This document shows, in pieces, positions 18,894-29,321 of a stretch of DNA of 64,000 nucleotides. The number at the start of each line of letters is the position of its first letter. Positions within the stretch are counted from its first letter, which is position 1. The DNA lies in NCBI GenBank assembly GCA_021787205.1, contig JAJYME010000007.1, positions 10,334 to 74,333 of the forward strand, written 5' to 3'. The position numbers and the translations under genes were made by a program. The DNA is from a bacterium (GTDB taxonomy: Bacteria; Patescibacteriota; Minisyncoccia; UBA6257; Colwellbacteraceae). The notes below the pieces were generated by a model. The model ran no database searches and was not told where the DNA came from. It saw nothing but the letters and a program-made list of their open reading frames with translations.

Positions 18894-19080
18894 ATTTCAT
18901 TTCATGCGGATGAGGTTTGTAGAAGCTGCAAGACCTTATATCGGCGATATTGATTTCGCCGTCAGTCGTTATCATCTTGCCACTCTTCTTGTCGAGGAAC
19001 TTGGTAACAATCATCTTTCCATCCCGGAGGATGATCCTGATCTTTGTCCCCTGCTTGAAACTGGTATGAGGCGTCCGCAT
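18892..19080 (-). CDS. Hypothetical small protein (62 aa), co-oriented with and 4 nt from the upstream membrane protein gene.
   Basis: The ORF ends at the terminator hairpin. It is beta-strand rich (GTKIRIILRDGKMIVTKF). No family recognised. Confidence 0.4.
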   Translation of the reverse strand: MRTPHTSFKQGTKIRIILRDGKMIVTKFLDKKSGKMITTDGEINIADIRSCSFYKPHPHEMK

Positions 19081-19083
19081 AAG

Positions 19084-19869
19084 CTATCTTTCGATCTTCT
19101 CCAAGAGCTCCTTGTAATCTTTTGAAGTGATGTACCAAGCTCCCGGTTTCAACGGGTTATTGAGATCGTCTATAACCAAGAAGATGATATACACAAGGGT
19201 GGCAACGGAAGCGGTAAAGACATAAGAAATCGGGATATTCTTGCCACTGATAAAGAGCGATAAGCCTATAAGGATCAAGGCCGCGAAGAAGAGGGTGAAT
19301 CTCAAGATATCAGGCACCCGGTGAGTGCTATATTTTATCCTGTCAGTCCTAGCCTGCAAGATGTCGGAAAAAATCGAGAAAGAGGTCGGAACCAAATCAG
19401 GATTAGTATCGAACATTTCGAAGATTGACCTTTCTATCTGGTTCAGAGCATCTTCGACCGCTTGGGAACGGATTCCTGATTCGCTCAAGTGCAACCCCTC
19501 ACGAATCATGAGATGGAGATATTTGACGACCCTGCCTTGGACCTTTTCCTTGATCGGATCAGGGAAATTATTTGCCCATCGATGAAGCCTGTCTAAAGCA
19601 TCAACCTCGCCTTTTACGGAATCCGCCAAATGATTCCACTGCCCCCACTGTTGGTTGATAACGAAGGCGGTGATCATACCATAGATAGAACCGGCCAATG
19701 AATAAAGCCATTGGGCGCCCCCCAAATCGGAGGCAAGGATTCTCATGGTGTAGAAATCACTGGTGCGAAAAAAATAATAGACGGCAGCGAAGCCGGCGAA
19801 AAATAATGAGATTTTAATAAAAAATTTAACCATTAGACATAAAGAACTGAATTTATCTAAACTTTGCAA
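19084..19869 (-). CDS. Hypothetical membrane protein: N-terminal TM segment, a central soluble region and two C-terminal TM segments.
   Basis: Hydrophobicity pattern only; 261 aa. Confidence 0.5.
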   Translation of the reverse strand: MQSLDKFSSLCLMVKFFIKISLFFAGFAAVYYFFRTSDFYTMRILASDLGGAQWLYSLAGSIYGMITAFVINQQWGQWNHLADSVKGEVDALDRLHRWANNFPDPIKEKVQGRVVKYLHLMIREGLHLSESGIRSQAVEDALNQIERSIFEMFDTNPDLVPTSFSIFSDILQARTDRIKYSTHRVPDILRFTLFFAALILIGLSLFISGKNIPISYVFTASVATLVYIIFLVIDDLNNPLKPGAWYITSKDYKELLEKIER

Positions 19870-19981
19870 GAAAAATGGATTTGTATGACAATTATTATTT
19901 TATGTCAAGAAAGACATATAAACAAGTGGATAAAAATCCAAAAAATAAAAACACCCGTTTGCGGGTATTTTTATTTTAAAA

Positions 19982-20998
19982 TTATAAGTCGTTTGGCCTG
20001 TCGTAGAGATCGGCTTCGACGCGGGCAGCGATCCTAGCCATAGTCTCGACGGACTTCACGGGATATTTCCCGTTAGCCGATTCGTCTGAGAGCATGACGG
20101 CGTCAGCCCCATCAAAGACGGCGTTCGCAACATCATTGACTTCAGCCCTGGTCGGCTTGTCGTTCTCAACCATCGAAAGCAACATCTGGGTAGCAACGAT
20201 GGAAGCCTTTCCGTGCCAGGCAGCAAGGTTGATCATGTGCTTCTGGGCGATAGGAACTTCTTCCATGGGAAGCTCGATTCCTAAATCACCTCTTGCGATC
20301 ATGATCGCATCCGAAGCCTGGACGATGGCGTCGATATTTTTCAGGGCAACGGGGCGCTCGATCTTTGAAACGATCTTAATGTCGCTTCCGATCAAGCCGC
20401 GAAGCTGATTGACATCGTCGGCAGTCTGGACGAAAGACAAGGCGATATAGTCGACTCCCCCTTCCTGCTTGAGGAATTCGATGTCTGCCAAATCCTTCTC
20501 AGTCAAAGAAGAGGTGGTCAATTTGGTATTAGGGACATTGACCGCCTTTCTGGAAAAGAGAGTTCCGGGAAAAACAACCCTGGCGGTGATATCCTGACCG
20601 GAAACCTCGGTGATGACGAGCTCGATGGCTCCGTTTACGAGATATAAGGGATCACCGACCTTGACGTCGTTGTGGAGATAAGGGTCATTGATGAAAATGG
20701 CCTTTCCGTTCTCCTTGTTGGTGGAAAAGACGAAAACGTCGTTTTCGTTCATTTCGATTCCTTCGGCGGGTAATTCTCCGACGCGGAGGCGCGGACCTTG
20801 AAGATCTGCCAGGATTTTAACATCCTTGTTTTCTTCCTTGGCGATCTGTTGGATCGCTTCTTTCCTCTTCTTATACTCATCAAAAGTACAGTGAGAAAAA
20901 TTCATACGAAGAATATTAGCGCCAGCCTTGATTATTTCTCGGAGAACTTCCGGTGATTCCGATTTGGGACCGATTGTAGCTACTATTTTTGTTCTCAT
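19982..20998 (-). CDS. pyk: Pyruvate kinase, short form (A and B domains, no C-terminal regulatory domain).
   Basis: [11 protein letters not shown] ... MNFSH ... LQGPRLR ... KIE ... MIARGDLG ... TQMLLSM ... GKYP. 338 aa. Confidence 0.85.
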   Translation of the reverse strand: MRTKIVATIGPKSESPEVLREIIKAGANILRMNFSHCTFDEYKKRKEAIQQIAKEENKDVKILADLQGPRLRVGELPAEGIEMNENDVFVFSTNKENGKAIFINDPYLHNDVKVGDPLYLVNGAIELVITEVSGQDITARVVFPGTLFSRKAVNVPNTKLTTSSLTEKDLADIEFLKQEGGVDYIALSFVQTADDVNQLRGLIGSDIKIVSKIERPVALKNIDAIVQASDAIMIARGDLGIELPMEEVPIAQKHMINLAAWHGKASIVATQMLLSMVENDKPTRAEVNDVANAVFDGADAVMLSDESANGKYPVKSVETMARIAARVEADLYDRPNDL

Positions 20999-21180
20999 GA
21001 TGATAAGAGATTACAATATCACAAAAACAAATATTTGGCAACATTCAGAATAAAAACTTGATGGTACAAGTCAAAATCAAAACAGCGGAGTTACCCGCTG
21101 TTTTACATGCTTACACAATAAAATCAATCTGTCCGACAATAACAAAAACCGGCTCTGATTATTGTTCTTATTTTTTGATT

Positions 21181-21330
21181 TTAAAACTTCGCCAAGCCCT
21201 GCCTGATGAGGCTCGCCACAACATCAAGCGCAATCGCCAAAGCGCTCAAAATAGCTTTAATCGCTGGTATAAGAGCCTTGGATGCCGCCTCAAAAGCGTT
21301 TGCCAGATCATTTATCAATTGATTCTGCAT
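21181..21330 (-). CDS. Candidate 49 aa Ala-rich amphipathic small protein (MQNQLINDLANAFEAASKALIPAIKAILSALAIALDVVASLIRQGLAKF).
   Basis: ATG at 21330, 30 nt downstream of the M23 peptidase stop on the same strand; TAA at 21181. The composition is more protein-like than the overlapping plus-strand ORF 21058..21375. Confidence 0.35.
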   Translation of the reverse strand: MQNQLINDLANAFEAASKALIPAIKAILSALAIALDVVASLIRQGLAKF

Positions 21331-21359
21331 TTTATTGGTTTCATTATAGCATTTTCTTG

Positions 21360-22625
21360 CTACTTGGACAAATAATCGAGCGGGTTAACAGTGGAACCAA
21401 CAGGGACCTGCCCGGCGGCGCCGATGACTTTCAACTGGACACACTTGCTGTCTCCCGAAGTTCGGCTGACGGTGCGACAATAAGGTTGCTCAAAATAAAC
21501 GCCAAAGTGGAGATGGGCGCCGGTTGAATAGCCGGTATTGCCCGAATAACCGATCAGCTGGCCGGCGACCACTCTCTGCCCGGCAGAAACGGATTGTGAA
21601 GACAAATGCCCGTAGATGGTCACCAAATTATTCTCGTGCTCAATCAGGACATACTTTCCATACTGATACCTGCCATTGTTGCCAGCAGCGACTACCTTTC
21701 CATCCTGAGCGGCATAAACCGGCGTCCCGATGGGAACACCAAAGTCCATTCCGTTGTGGAAGCCAGTCGAATAAAGTTTGGAGGCGGAAGCGGAGGATCC
21801 GTAGTTCTGGGTGATCTTGTAAGATTTCACCGGATAGCTCATCTTAGTCGATACCTTAGGAGCGGCGCCAGCGGCAGCCCTGATTTCCTTTTCCAAATCA
21901 TCTATCTCATCAGAGATGCTCTGCTGTTTCTTTTCCAGCTCAGACAATTGCTTCTCATAAACGGCTTGCTGGTTTTTGTTGTAGCCCAAAAGTTTCTTAT
22001 ATTCAGTCTTCTGCTCCTCAACCGCTGACTTCCTGATCTTCAGGGAGCCGCTTTCGGCTGCCATGTCGTCCTTCTTTTCCCTGCTTAATTGGATATTGCC
22101 GTCTATCTCTTGGGACAAATCCCTAAGGTTCTTTATCTCATCATTCAAGCCGGTCTGGATTCTCATTAAGCTATCCATCTCGATGACAGCGTCGGAAAGG
22201 GACCGGCCAGACAAGACCATTTCCAAGAAGTTGCTTTGCTCCTTCCTGTCGAGTTGCTTGATCATTGAGGCGATCAGAGCCCTCTTCTCCTTAATTTTGT
22301 CCTGAGCGGCCTGCAAATCGTTACTCAACCCCTCAAGCTCGACATTAAGCTTTTCGATCTTGATCTCGTTGGAACGAATTCCGAGATCCAAGGTCTTGAT
22401 GCTATACTCCCTTGTTTTAATCTCGCTTGATATAGTCTTGTTTTGCTGACTGATGGTGTTTAAGGCATCTTGCTTTTCTTTCATCTGGCTATTAACAACT
22501 TCAAGCTGCTCAGCCAAGGCATCCGCCTTTTGCTTCAGTTCTTGATTTGATGCATGAACGGGAAGCCAAAAAACGGAGAAAAGCACGGCAAATGAGATGA
22601 CTTTCGCGGATTTTTTAAAACTCAT
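21360..22625 (-). CDS. M23-family metalloendopeptidase with a long N-terminal coiled coil (EnvC-like).
   Basis: Signal peptide, about 230 aa of heptad-rich Q/E/K sequence, then the M23 motifs HNGMDFG ... GNTGYSTGAHLHFGV. Confidence 0.85.
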   Translation of the reverse strand: MSFKKSAKVISFAVLFSVFWLPVHASNQELKQKADALAEQLEVVNSQMKEKQDALNTISQQNKTISSEIKTREYSIKTLDLGIRSNEIKIEKLNVELEGLSNDLQAAQDKIKEKRALIASMIKQLDRKEQSNFLEMVLSGRSLSDAVIEMDSLMRIQTGLNDEIKNLRDLSQEIDGNIQLSREKKDDMAAESGSLKIRKSAVEEQKTEYKKLLGYNKNQQAVYEKQLSELEKKQQSISDEIDDLEKEIRAAAGAAPKVSTKMSYPVKSYKITQNYGSSASASKLYSTGFHNGMDFGVPIGTPVYAAQDGKVVAAGNNGRYQYGKYVLIEHENNLVTIYGHLSSQSVSAGQRVVAGQLIGYSGNTGYSTGAHLHFGVYFEQPYCRTVSRTSGDSKCVQLKVIGAAGQVPVGSTVNPLDYLSK

Positions 22626-22631
22626 AGATTA

Positions 22632-24020
22632 TTATAATTTCTCTATTCCCAATCTTATTCTTCTTAACGTCTCCTCTTTTGAAAGACCGGCGATGATTTC
22701 GAACGGGCTGGGTGAGACTCTTTTTCCCGACAAGGCGACGCGAAGAGGCCAGAGCCACTCGCCCTTTTTATCGGAGGGAACGATACCGTTGATTTCCTCG
22801 ATGGCAGTTTTTGAAAATCCGCTTTCCGGCAGAGCCGAGATCTTTTCCAAAACCGCTTCCAGGTTCTCTTTGGCCGTCTTCGTCTCTTTCCAATACAGGT
22901 CATCCGCGGCATATTCAGGCAACTCAAAGAAGAACGAAATCATTTCCTTAAGATCGCTTAACTTATCAAGCCTTGACCTCACAGACGCCATTATCTCCTG
23001 GGTGAGACTCCATTCCGAAGGAACGAATTCCCTAGCCCTCTCTGTCAGTTCTTCAAGCGAAAGGACGTTGGCGATATAGTGGCGGTTAAACCAGTTCAAT
23101 TTGTCCATATCAAAGACCGCTCCGGCTTTTTGGATCCTTTCGAATTCGAAGGCGCCAATAATCGAATCCATAGTCTCAAAGACTTCGGTCTCATCCTTGG
23201 GGTGCCATCCTAAAAGAACGATGAAGTTCCTTAAGGCTTCCGGCAAAAAACCAAGCTTCTTGTACTCGATGACGCTCGCGGCACCATCCCTCTTGGATAA
23301 CTTCTTCTTATCCTTATTCAAAACTTGGGAAAGATGGGCGATCTCGGGGGCTTCCCAACCGAGCATTCTGAAAAGAACCAGATGTTTCGGAGTCGAAGAA
23401 AGCCACTCTTCAGCGCGGATAATATGGGAGATCTCCATTAAATGGTCGTCGATAACCGTCGCTAAGTGATAGGTGGGAAAACCGTCGGATTTGATCAAGA
23501 CCTGATCGTCGATGAGAGAGGAATCAAACTCGATATCTCCTCTTATCAAATCATGAAACTTGATTATTTCTCCCTTCGGCATCTTCATGCGGATGACATA
23601 TTCACCCTCTTTGACGTCTTCAAGCCTGATATTACTCTCGCGACATCTTCCGGAATACATCGGCGGCAGCTTGTTTGCAACCTGCTCTTCCTTATCCTTT
23701 TCAAGTTGCTCCTTGGAACAAGTGCAAATATAAGCATCCCCCTGATCAAGGAGTTGCTTGGCGTACTTGTGATAAAGCTCCTTTCTTTCTGATTGGACAA
23801 CCAAGTTATCCAAATTGTCAGGAACGATTCCCAACCAATTCAAAGATTCAATGATCCTTTCAACCGATCCCTCAACATATCTCTCCCTGTCAGTATCATC
23901 AATCCTCAACAAAAAATCACCTCCTTTGCTCTTGGCAAAAAGGTAGACAAAAAGGGCTGATCTGACGCCTCCAATATGCAATTCACCAGTAGGACTCGGG
24001 GCAAATCTCGTCTTAATCAT
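22632..24020 (-). CDS. gltX: Glutamyl-tRNA synthetase.
   Basis: FAPSPTGELHIGG (HIGH motif) and KLSKR; about 462 aa from the ATG at 24020. Confidence 0.9.
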   Translation of the reverse strand: MIKTRFAPSPTGELHIGGVRSALFVYLFAKSKGGDFLLRIDDTDRERYVEGSVERIIESLNWLGIVPDNLDNLVVQSERKELYHKYAKQLLDQGDAYICTCSKEQLEKDKEEQVANKLPPMYSGRCRESNIRLEDVKEGEYVIRMKMPKGEIIKFHDLIRGDIEFDSSLIDDQVLIKSDGFPTYHLATVIDDHLMEISHIIRAEEWLSSTPKHLVLFRMLGWEAPEIAHLSQVLNKDKKKLSKRDGAASVIEYKKLGFLPEALRNFIVLLGWHPKDETEVFETMDSIIGAFEFERIQKAGAVFDMDKLNWFNRHYIANVLSLEELTERAREFVPSEWSLTQEIMASVRSRLDKLSDLKEMISFFFELPEYAADDLYWKETKTAKENLEAVLEKISALPESGFSKTAIEEINGIVPSDKKGEWLWPLRVALSGKRVSPSPFEIIAGLSKEETLRRIRLGIEKL

Positions 24021-24062
24021 ACCTGGACATAATAACACAAAAACCCCTTATTTTGAAGGGGT

Positions 24063-25208
24063 TTAGTGATTAGTGACATATTCAAGAATAGAAACGGCGA
24101 TTTTTTGCGAAGCATCGGCTTTCGCAAAACCAAGAGCCGCTTTCTCCATCATCTCCTTCTTATTCGGATTCAAACAACTAAGAACGGTCTTGATGAACAA
24201 AGGGACGCTTATCTCATTCTCCTCCAGGGTGACGGCGGCGCCGGTAGCTGAATAAACATCGGCGTTTATCTTCTGGTGGTTGGAGGCCGCCTCAGGAAGC
24301 GGGATCAGGATCGAAGCCCGACCAAAAGCGGCAAACTCAAAGATACTGCCACCAGAGCGGGAAACGATCACATCGGCGGCTGAGAGGACATCGCCAAGCT
24401 CATTGCCGATAAAATCGGTAGGATGGTAGCCGGCCGCATACATCTCCTCATCGCTCTTAAAGAAATTGCCAAGAGATTGGGCGATTTCAGCAAAGTTCTT
24501 CTCTCCGGTCTGATGAAAGATCTGGATATCATGCTCGATCAGCTCTTTCATTGAAGCGAGAATAAGATTATTGATCCTTTGGGATCCTTGCGAACCTCCC
24601 ATAACCACCATGAGCGGCCTGTTGGGATCGAGTCCGAGGTTGGATTTTGCCGATTCGCGGTCTTTTATCTCATTCAACAACGCCGGCCTGATCGGGTTCC
24701 CGACAACGGAAGTAAAGCCCTGGACCTTCGGAGGCAAACTTTCGATTGCTTTTTCAAACGAAAGGAAGATCAATTCCGCGTACTTGGAAGTGAATTTAGT
24801 GGTAGTCGAAGCGACAGAATCGGATTCATGGATAAAAACCGGGATCCGGTAGAGACTGGCTGCCAAGACGACGGCGACACTCCCGGAACCGCCTTTAGAA
24901 AAGACGGCGTCGGGCATAAACCAGAAGAGGTGCCATAAAGCCTGGAGATAACCGAGGATAAGTTTAGGACCCTCAAAAAAATTTTGCATTGAGGCGTATC
25001 GCCTGACCTTCGCTCCAGAGATTTCGGTGATTTCAACGTCCTGATCTCTCAGAGACTGATCGAAGCCGCCAGAGGAACCGATAAACTTCAGGTTTACTTC
25101 AAGATTGTTCTCGGAAGCGGTCTTCTTCAATTCGTGAGCTACGGCAGCTAAAGGATTGATGTGTCCTCCAGTTCCACCACCGGTTAAAACTATTCTAATA
25201 TCATGCAT
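24063..25208 (-). CDS. murG: Lipid II synthase MurG (UDP-GlcNAc:Mur-pentapeptide-PP-undecaprenol GlcNAc transferase).
   Basis: IVLTGGGTGGHINP N-terminal motif and the GT-B C-terminal half. Confidence 0.85.
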   Translation of the reverse strand: MHDIRIVLTGGGTGGHINPLAAVAHELKKTASENNLEVNLKFIGSSGGFDQSLRDQDVEITEISGAKVRRYASMQNFFEGPKLILGYLQALWHLFWFMPDAVFSKGGSGSVAVVLAASLYRIPVFIHESDSVASTTTKFTSKYAELIFLSFEKAIESLPPKVQGFTSVVGNPIRPALLNEIKDRESAKSNLGLDPNRPLMVVMGGSQGSQRINNLILASMKELIEHDIQIFHQTGEKNFAEIAQSLGNFFKSDEEMYAAGYHPTDFIGNELGDVLSAADVIVSRSGGSIFEFAAFGRASILIPLPEAASNHQKINADVYSATGAAVTLEENEISVPLFIKTVLSCLNPNKKEMMEKAALGFAKADASQKIAVSILEYVTNH

Positions 25209-26289
25209 TTTTCAAAAAATTTATCAGCAAACCTATACTTGCTATTGCGATGATTATAGCAGTTCCGCCATAACTTACAAACGGCAAAGGAACCCCAGTC
25301 AGAGGCATCGCGCCTGAGATAGCGGCAATATTCATGAGGCTTTGAAGGCCGATAATCGAAGACAAACCGATGATACCCAGCTTTCCAAACTCAGTTTTCG
25401 CATCAAGCGATCCTAAGAAGCCGGCCATCACGATAACGGCATAGAGGGAGATGAACAGCATCGAACCGACAAAGCCAAATTCCTCGGCCATAACCGCAAA
25501 AATAGAATCGTTTTCAACCGCGGGCAACCTGTTCTTGACGGTCGACTGGCCGTAGCCAACGCCGAAGGTCCCGCCCGAAATAATCGCTTTTTCCGCCTGG
25601 ACGGAATGATAACTCTTCCCTCTGACGTCGTTATTGGCTCCCTTGAAGACGGCGATGCGATCCGATCGGTAACCGTTCATAAGAAAACTTCCGGCGATAG
25701 CCACCAAACCCAAGATTACAAAAATGAATTTCCAATTCATTCCATGGACAAAGTACATGATACAGGCGGCGCCCATAACGATGACAATCATACTGGTCGT
25801 AGGCTGAAGATAAAGCAAGACTGAGATCAAGCCGGCGGCTCCGAGAAAAGGAATGAAGCCCTGTTTCCAATCATTCTTGGTATCAAGCTTCTTATTCGAA
25901 AGAAAGGCGGCCATGGCAAGAATAAAAGTAATCTTCAAAGTTTCTGAAGGTTGGAAGTGGAACCCGCCGATTTCAAGCCAACGACTGGCGGTGCCATAAC
26001 CTCCGGCCAAAGGGGTGAAGATCATAATCAAAAGAATGGCGCTGATGATGAGAAAGACGTAGGAAAACTTTTTTATCCATTTGACCGGGGCAAACCTGGC
26101 CGCCAGAAAGGCAATCAAGCCCAAGCCGATGTTCTTCATCTGCTGAAGAATGAAAAAATAGGAATAATCATATTTTTTCATGCTCGCCATTGATGAAGCG
26201 CTTGAGAGGATTGCCAACCCGACGATAATCAGGACTCCGGCCGCTATCAAGATTATTACGTCCGCTTTTTTTCTTATCGTGTTAAACAT
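25201..26289 (-). CDS. ftsW: SEDS-family peptidoglycan glycosyltransferase FtsW/RodA.
   Basis: About 10 TM segments, the conserved VENDSIFAV and PLPFVSYGG motifs, and a position between murG and the amidohydrolase gene. Confidence 0.8.
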   Translation of the reverse strand: MFNTIRKKADVIILIAAGVLIIVGLAILSSASSMASMKKYDYSYFFILQQMKNIGLGLIAFLAARFAPVKWIKKFSYVFLIISAILLIMIFTPLAGGYGTASRWLEIGGFHFQPSETLKITFILAMAAFLSNKKLDTKNDWKQGFIPFLGAAGLISVLLYLQPTTSMIVIVMGAACIMYFVHGMNWKFIFVILGLVAIAGSFLMNGYRSDRIAVFKGANNDVRGKSYHSVQAEKAIISGGTFGVGYGQSTVKNRLPAVENDSIFAVMAEEFGFVGSMLFISLYAVIVMAGFLGSLDAKTEFGKLGIIGLSSIIGLQSLMNIAAISGAMPLTGVPLPFVSYGGTAIIIAIASIGLLINFLKNA

Positions 26290-27721
26290 TTCTTAAGACT
26301 TTTCCGTTTTTCTCGCCCGTTATTGCGCCGTCAGTCACCGAGTGGGCTCCCGAAACAAAGCAATCCCTGACCTTGTCGCCGCTCATGATTACCAGATCGG
26401 CAACATGACCGGTTTTTATCTCTCCCCTTTTATCGAGACCCAACGCTTTGGCTGGAACAGCGGAGAGTTTGTGATAGATGCTGGCGGTATCGAGCTTCAA
26501 CTCCCTGCCAATCTTTATAAACTCAGAAACCGATAATCTTAAGCGATCGTGGACCGGAGAAAGCTTCGCCATCGGGTCCCAATGACCTTCGACAAAAGCA
26601 TTATCCTGAACCAGCAACTCTTTTATCGTTCCAATATCGTTTATTGCGGCAAAAAAGCTCATCTTGCCCTTGGAAATGTCAAAGAGCCTTAATATCCCCT
26701 CCTCCGCAGAAATGAGGCGATTGCCGGCAAATTCACTCAAGCTCTTACCCAAAAGGAACTTGTACTGGGAAGGAGCATTGGCGATAAAAATCTTATCCGA
26801 AGGGACCTTAGCCAAGAATTTCGAGACGGTGTTCCTGATTCTTTTGCCATCCATTTTTTCAATAAATTCCAAGGTCCTGTATTTGAACAACTGGGAACCG
26901 AAAATATCCGCAAAGGTAATCTCCGCCTCAGGAAAAGGATTGACCGAAAAATAGCGTGGAAATTGTCTGATTTCTGATATCGCCTTCAATATCTTCTCGA
27001 CGCTCTTGCTGCCATAAAAGAAAGAATTGGAAAAGACAATCCCTTTCAGCGACTTATTTTTCAACTCATCGAGAATGGCGACATTGTCTTCCAGCAGCAA
27101 AGAAGAGATCCATAAAGAACTTTCCTTGAGAGAGTCGGCCAAATCAGGAAACTCCTTAAGGGAGAATTCGTCGGTGAGAAACGATAACCCAAAAGAGCCT
27201 TCCTTGAGGCTTTTGGAAAAGATGTGTCTTAAGACATCCATTTCTTTCCCGGCTAATTCCCTATATTCGCCAGTTATCGTCCGTCTCATGGTCGAATAAC
27301 CGGAAACTGAGGCCAGGTTAATACCCGGACCGACTACGGACATAGCGGAAAGAAATTCACCGGTAGATCTCCAGTCGGCGTTATCCCTTCCGTCAGAGTG
27401 CCAAGGGTAAATCGAATCCAGCTCACCATAATTTGTCGGGGCAACCGAAAAACCGGAGCAACCCAAAACACCGGTCGTAATTCCGGATAAAAGAAGCTCT
27501 TCCCTTAGCGGGTCATCAAAGAGCGTCATATGCTTGTCAGACGAGATGGGGACAATAAAACCCGGGACCACAAAACAGCCGCTCGCATCTATCGTCTTCT
27601 CGGCTTTATATGAAGAAAAATCGCCGACTCCGGCGATACCCTCTCCTGAAATCAGAACATCGGCGCGCCTTACTGTCTTATTAGCGTTTATAACTTCGCC
27701 ACCTTTGATTAGAACGCTCAT
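26282..27721 (-). CDS. Amidohydrolase-family protein (D-aminoacylase-like metal-dependent hydrolase).
   Basis: N-terminal DVLISGEGIAGVG ... IDASGCFVVPGFI and C-terminal GHVADLVI, typical of amidohydrolase_3. Confidence 0.6.
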   Translation of the reverse strand: MSVLIKGGEVINANKTVRRADVLISGEGIAGVGDFSSYKAEKTIDASGCFVVPGFIVPISSDKHMTLFDDPLREELLLSGITTGVLGCSGFSVAPTNYGELDSIYPWHSDGRDNADWRSTGEFLSAMSVVGPGINLASVSGYSTMRRTITGEYRELAGKEMDVLRHIFSKSLKEGSFGLSFLTDEFSLKEFPDLADSLKESSLWISSLLLEDNVAILDELKNKSLKGIVFSNSFFYGSKSVEKILKAISEIRQFPRYFSVNPFPEAEITFADIFGSQLFKYRTLEFIEKMDGKRIRNTVSKFLAKVPSDKIFIANAPSQYKFLLGKSLSEFAGNRLISAEEGILRLFDISKGKMSFFAAINDIGTIKELLVQDNAFVEGHWDPMAKLSPVHDRLRLSVSEFIKIGRELKLDTASIYHKLSAVPAKALGLDKRGEIKTGHVADLVIMSGDKVRDCFVSGAHSVTDGAITGEKNGKVLRNV

Positions 27722-27803
27722 TAATTAATTATAGCCTATCTTGAATAGTTTGTGACTGTGAATAACCAGACAAAAACAGCGCTTTTGGCGCTGTTTTGAG
27801 ATT

Positions 27804-29312
27804 TTAAACCAAAGAATTACCAGTCATCTCCGCAGGAATGTCGATATTCATAAGTTTCAAGACAGTGGGAGCCACATCGGAGAGTCCTCCTTCCTCCTTA
27901 TTCAGCTTATCAAATCCGGAGGCAATCAAGATGAGAGGAACGGGATTCGTAGTATGTGAGGTGGTTATCTGATTAGTAAACTCATCAAACTTTTCCTCAG
28001 CATTGCCGTGGTCGGCGGTTATCAAGACATCCCAACCGTTATCTTTGGCGGTCTGGACAATGATACCCAACGCCTCATCGACGGTTTCGACCGCCGACAC
28101 GATCGCATCGTAAACGCCGGTGTGCCCGACAATATCACAATTGACGATGTTGGCGGCGATAAAACCGACTTCATCTTTTTCTATCGCCTGCTTTATCCCT
28201 GAAGCGATATCCATCGCTTTCATTTCCGGTTTTTTGTCGTGGGTTGCCACGTCCTTATTCGATGGAATCATAATTCTCTCCTCTCCGGGATCCGGCTCAT
28301 TCCTCTGGGCGTTGAAGAAGAAAGTAAGGTGGGTGAACTTTTCCGTTTCGGTAATCCTCAGCTGTCTTATCCCTTTGCCGGAGATAACCTCGGACAAGGT
28401 GTTTTCGATTTTTTCCGGAGGGAAAATAACCGGAACCTCGATGTCGTCTGCGTATTTTGTCATCGCGACAAAATGGAGATTGGGAATCGCCTCCTTCAGA
28501 ATCCTCCTGGTGAGCTCGTTGGCGCGATCAGCCCGGAAGTTTGCAAAGACAACGGCGTCGTTCTCGGAAATGACGGTCGGGTTATCGCCAGTACCGATAG
28601 TGACGGGGGTGATGAACTCATCAGTGATGTCATTATCGTAGGAATCAGCGATGGCTTTTACCGGATCTTCATACATAACCCCCTGGCCGTATCTTATGGC
28701 GGCGAAAGCCTTTTCTATCCTGTCATGATTGTTGTCGCGATCCATGCCCCAATATCTGCCGCCAACGGTGGCAATTATCCCAAGCTCATTATCATCGACA
28801 AAATCCCTGAACTCATTCATAAAGCCTAAAGCGCTTTTCGGGAGAGTGTCCCGGCCGTCCGTAAACAAGTGGAAGACGATCTTATCGACTCCATGCTTTT
28901 TGGCGGTCTGAGCAATCGCCTTCAAGTGATTGGTGTGAGCGTGGACTCCTCCGGGACCCAAAAGACCGATGATATGAAAGTTAGAATTGTTGGATTTGGC
29001 GTGATCTACCGCTTCCAGCAACGATTTATTCTTTTGAAATTCGCCTTCTCTGATCGAGCGGTTTATCTTTAAAAGATTCTGATAGATGATCCTTCCCGAA
29101 CCCAAGATCAGGTGGTTGGCTTCTGATGTTCCCATCTGCCCCATCGGCAGACCGATAGCCTCTCCGCCGGCTTGCAAAAGCATGTGGGGATATTCCTTAT
29201 AAAATTTATCCAAATTGGGCGTTCTGGCAGACCTGATGGCGTTGAACTCCCCTTTTGGGGAATAGCCCATACCATCGCAGATGACCAAAACGACTTTATT
29301 TTTGCGATTCAT
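27804..29312 (-). CDS. gpmI: 2,3-bisphosphoglycerate-independent phosphoglycerate mutase.
   Basis: VVLVICDGMGYS N-terminus and the TADHGNAE metal-site motif; 502 aa. Confidence 0.9.
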   Translation of the reverse strand: MNRKNKVVLVICDGMGYSPKGEFNAIRSARTPNLDKFYKEYPHMLLQAGGEAIGLPMGQMGTSEANHLILGSGRIIYQNLLKINRSIREGEFQKNKSLLEAVDHAKSNNSNFHIIGLLGPGGVHAHTNHLKAIAQTAKKHGVDKIVFHLFTDGRDTLPKSALGFMNEFRDFVDDNELGIIATVGGRYWGMDRDNNHDRIEKAFAAIRYGQGVMYEDPVKAIADSYDNDITDEFITPVTIGTGDNPTVISENDAVVFANFRADRANELTRRILKEAIPNLHFVAMTKYADDIEVPVIFPPEKIENTLSEVISGKGIRQLRITETEKFTHLTFFFNAQRNEPDPGEERIMIPSNKDVATHDKKPEMKAMDIASGIKQAIEKDEVGFIAANIVNCDIVGHTGVYDAIVSAVETVDEALGIIVQTAKDNGWDVLITADHGNAEEKFDEFTNQITTSHTTNPVPLILIASGFDKLNKEEGGLSDVAPTVLKLMNIDIPAEMTGNSLV

Positions 29313-29321
29313 AATAAAAAA

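Noticed and set aside
21058-21375. 105 aa plus-strand ORF between pyk and the M23 peptidase
   Set aside because: Cys-rich, compositionally odd, and it overlaps the more plausible minus-strand small ORF and a terminator hairpin.
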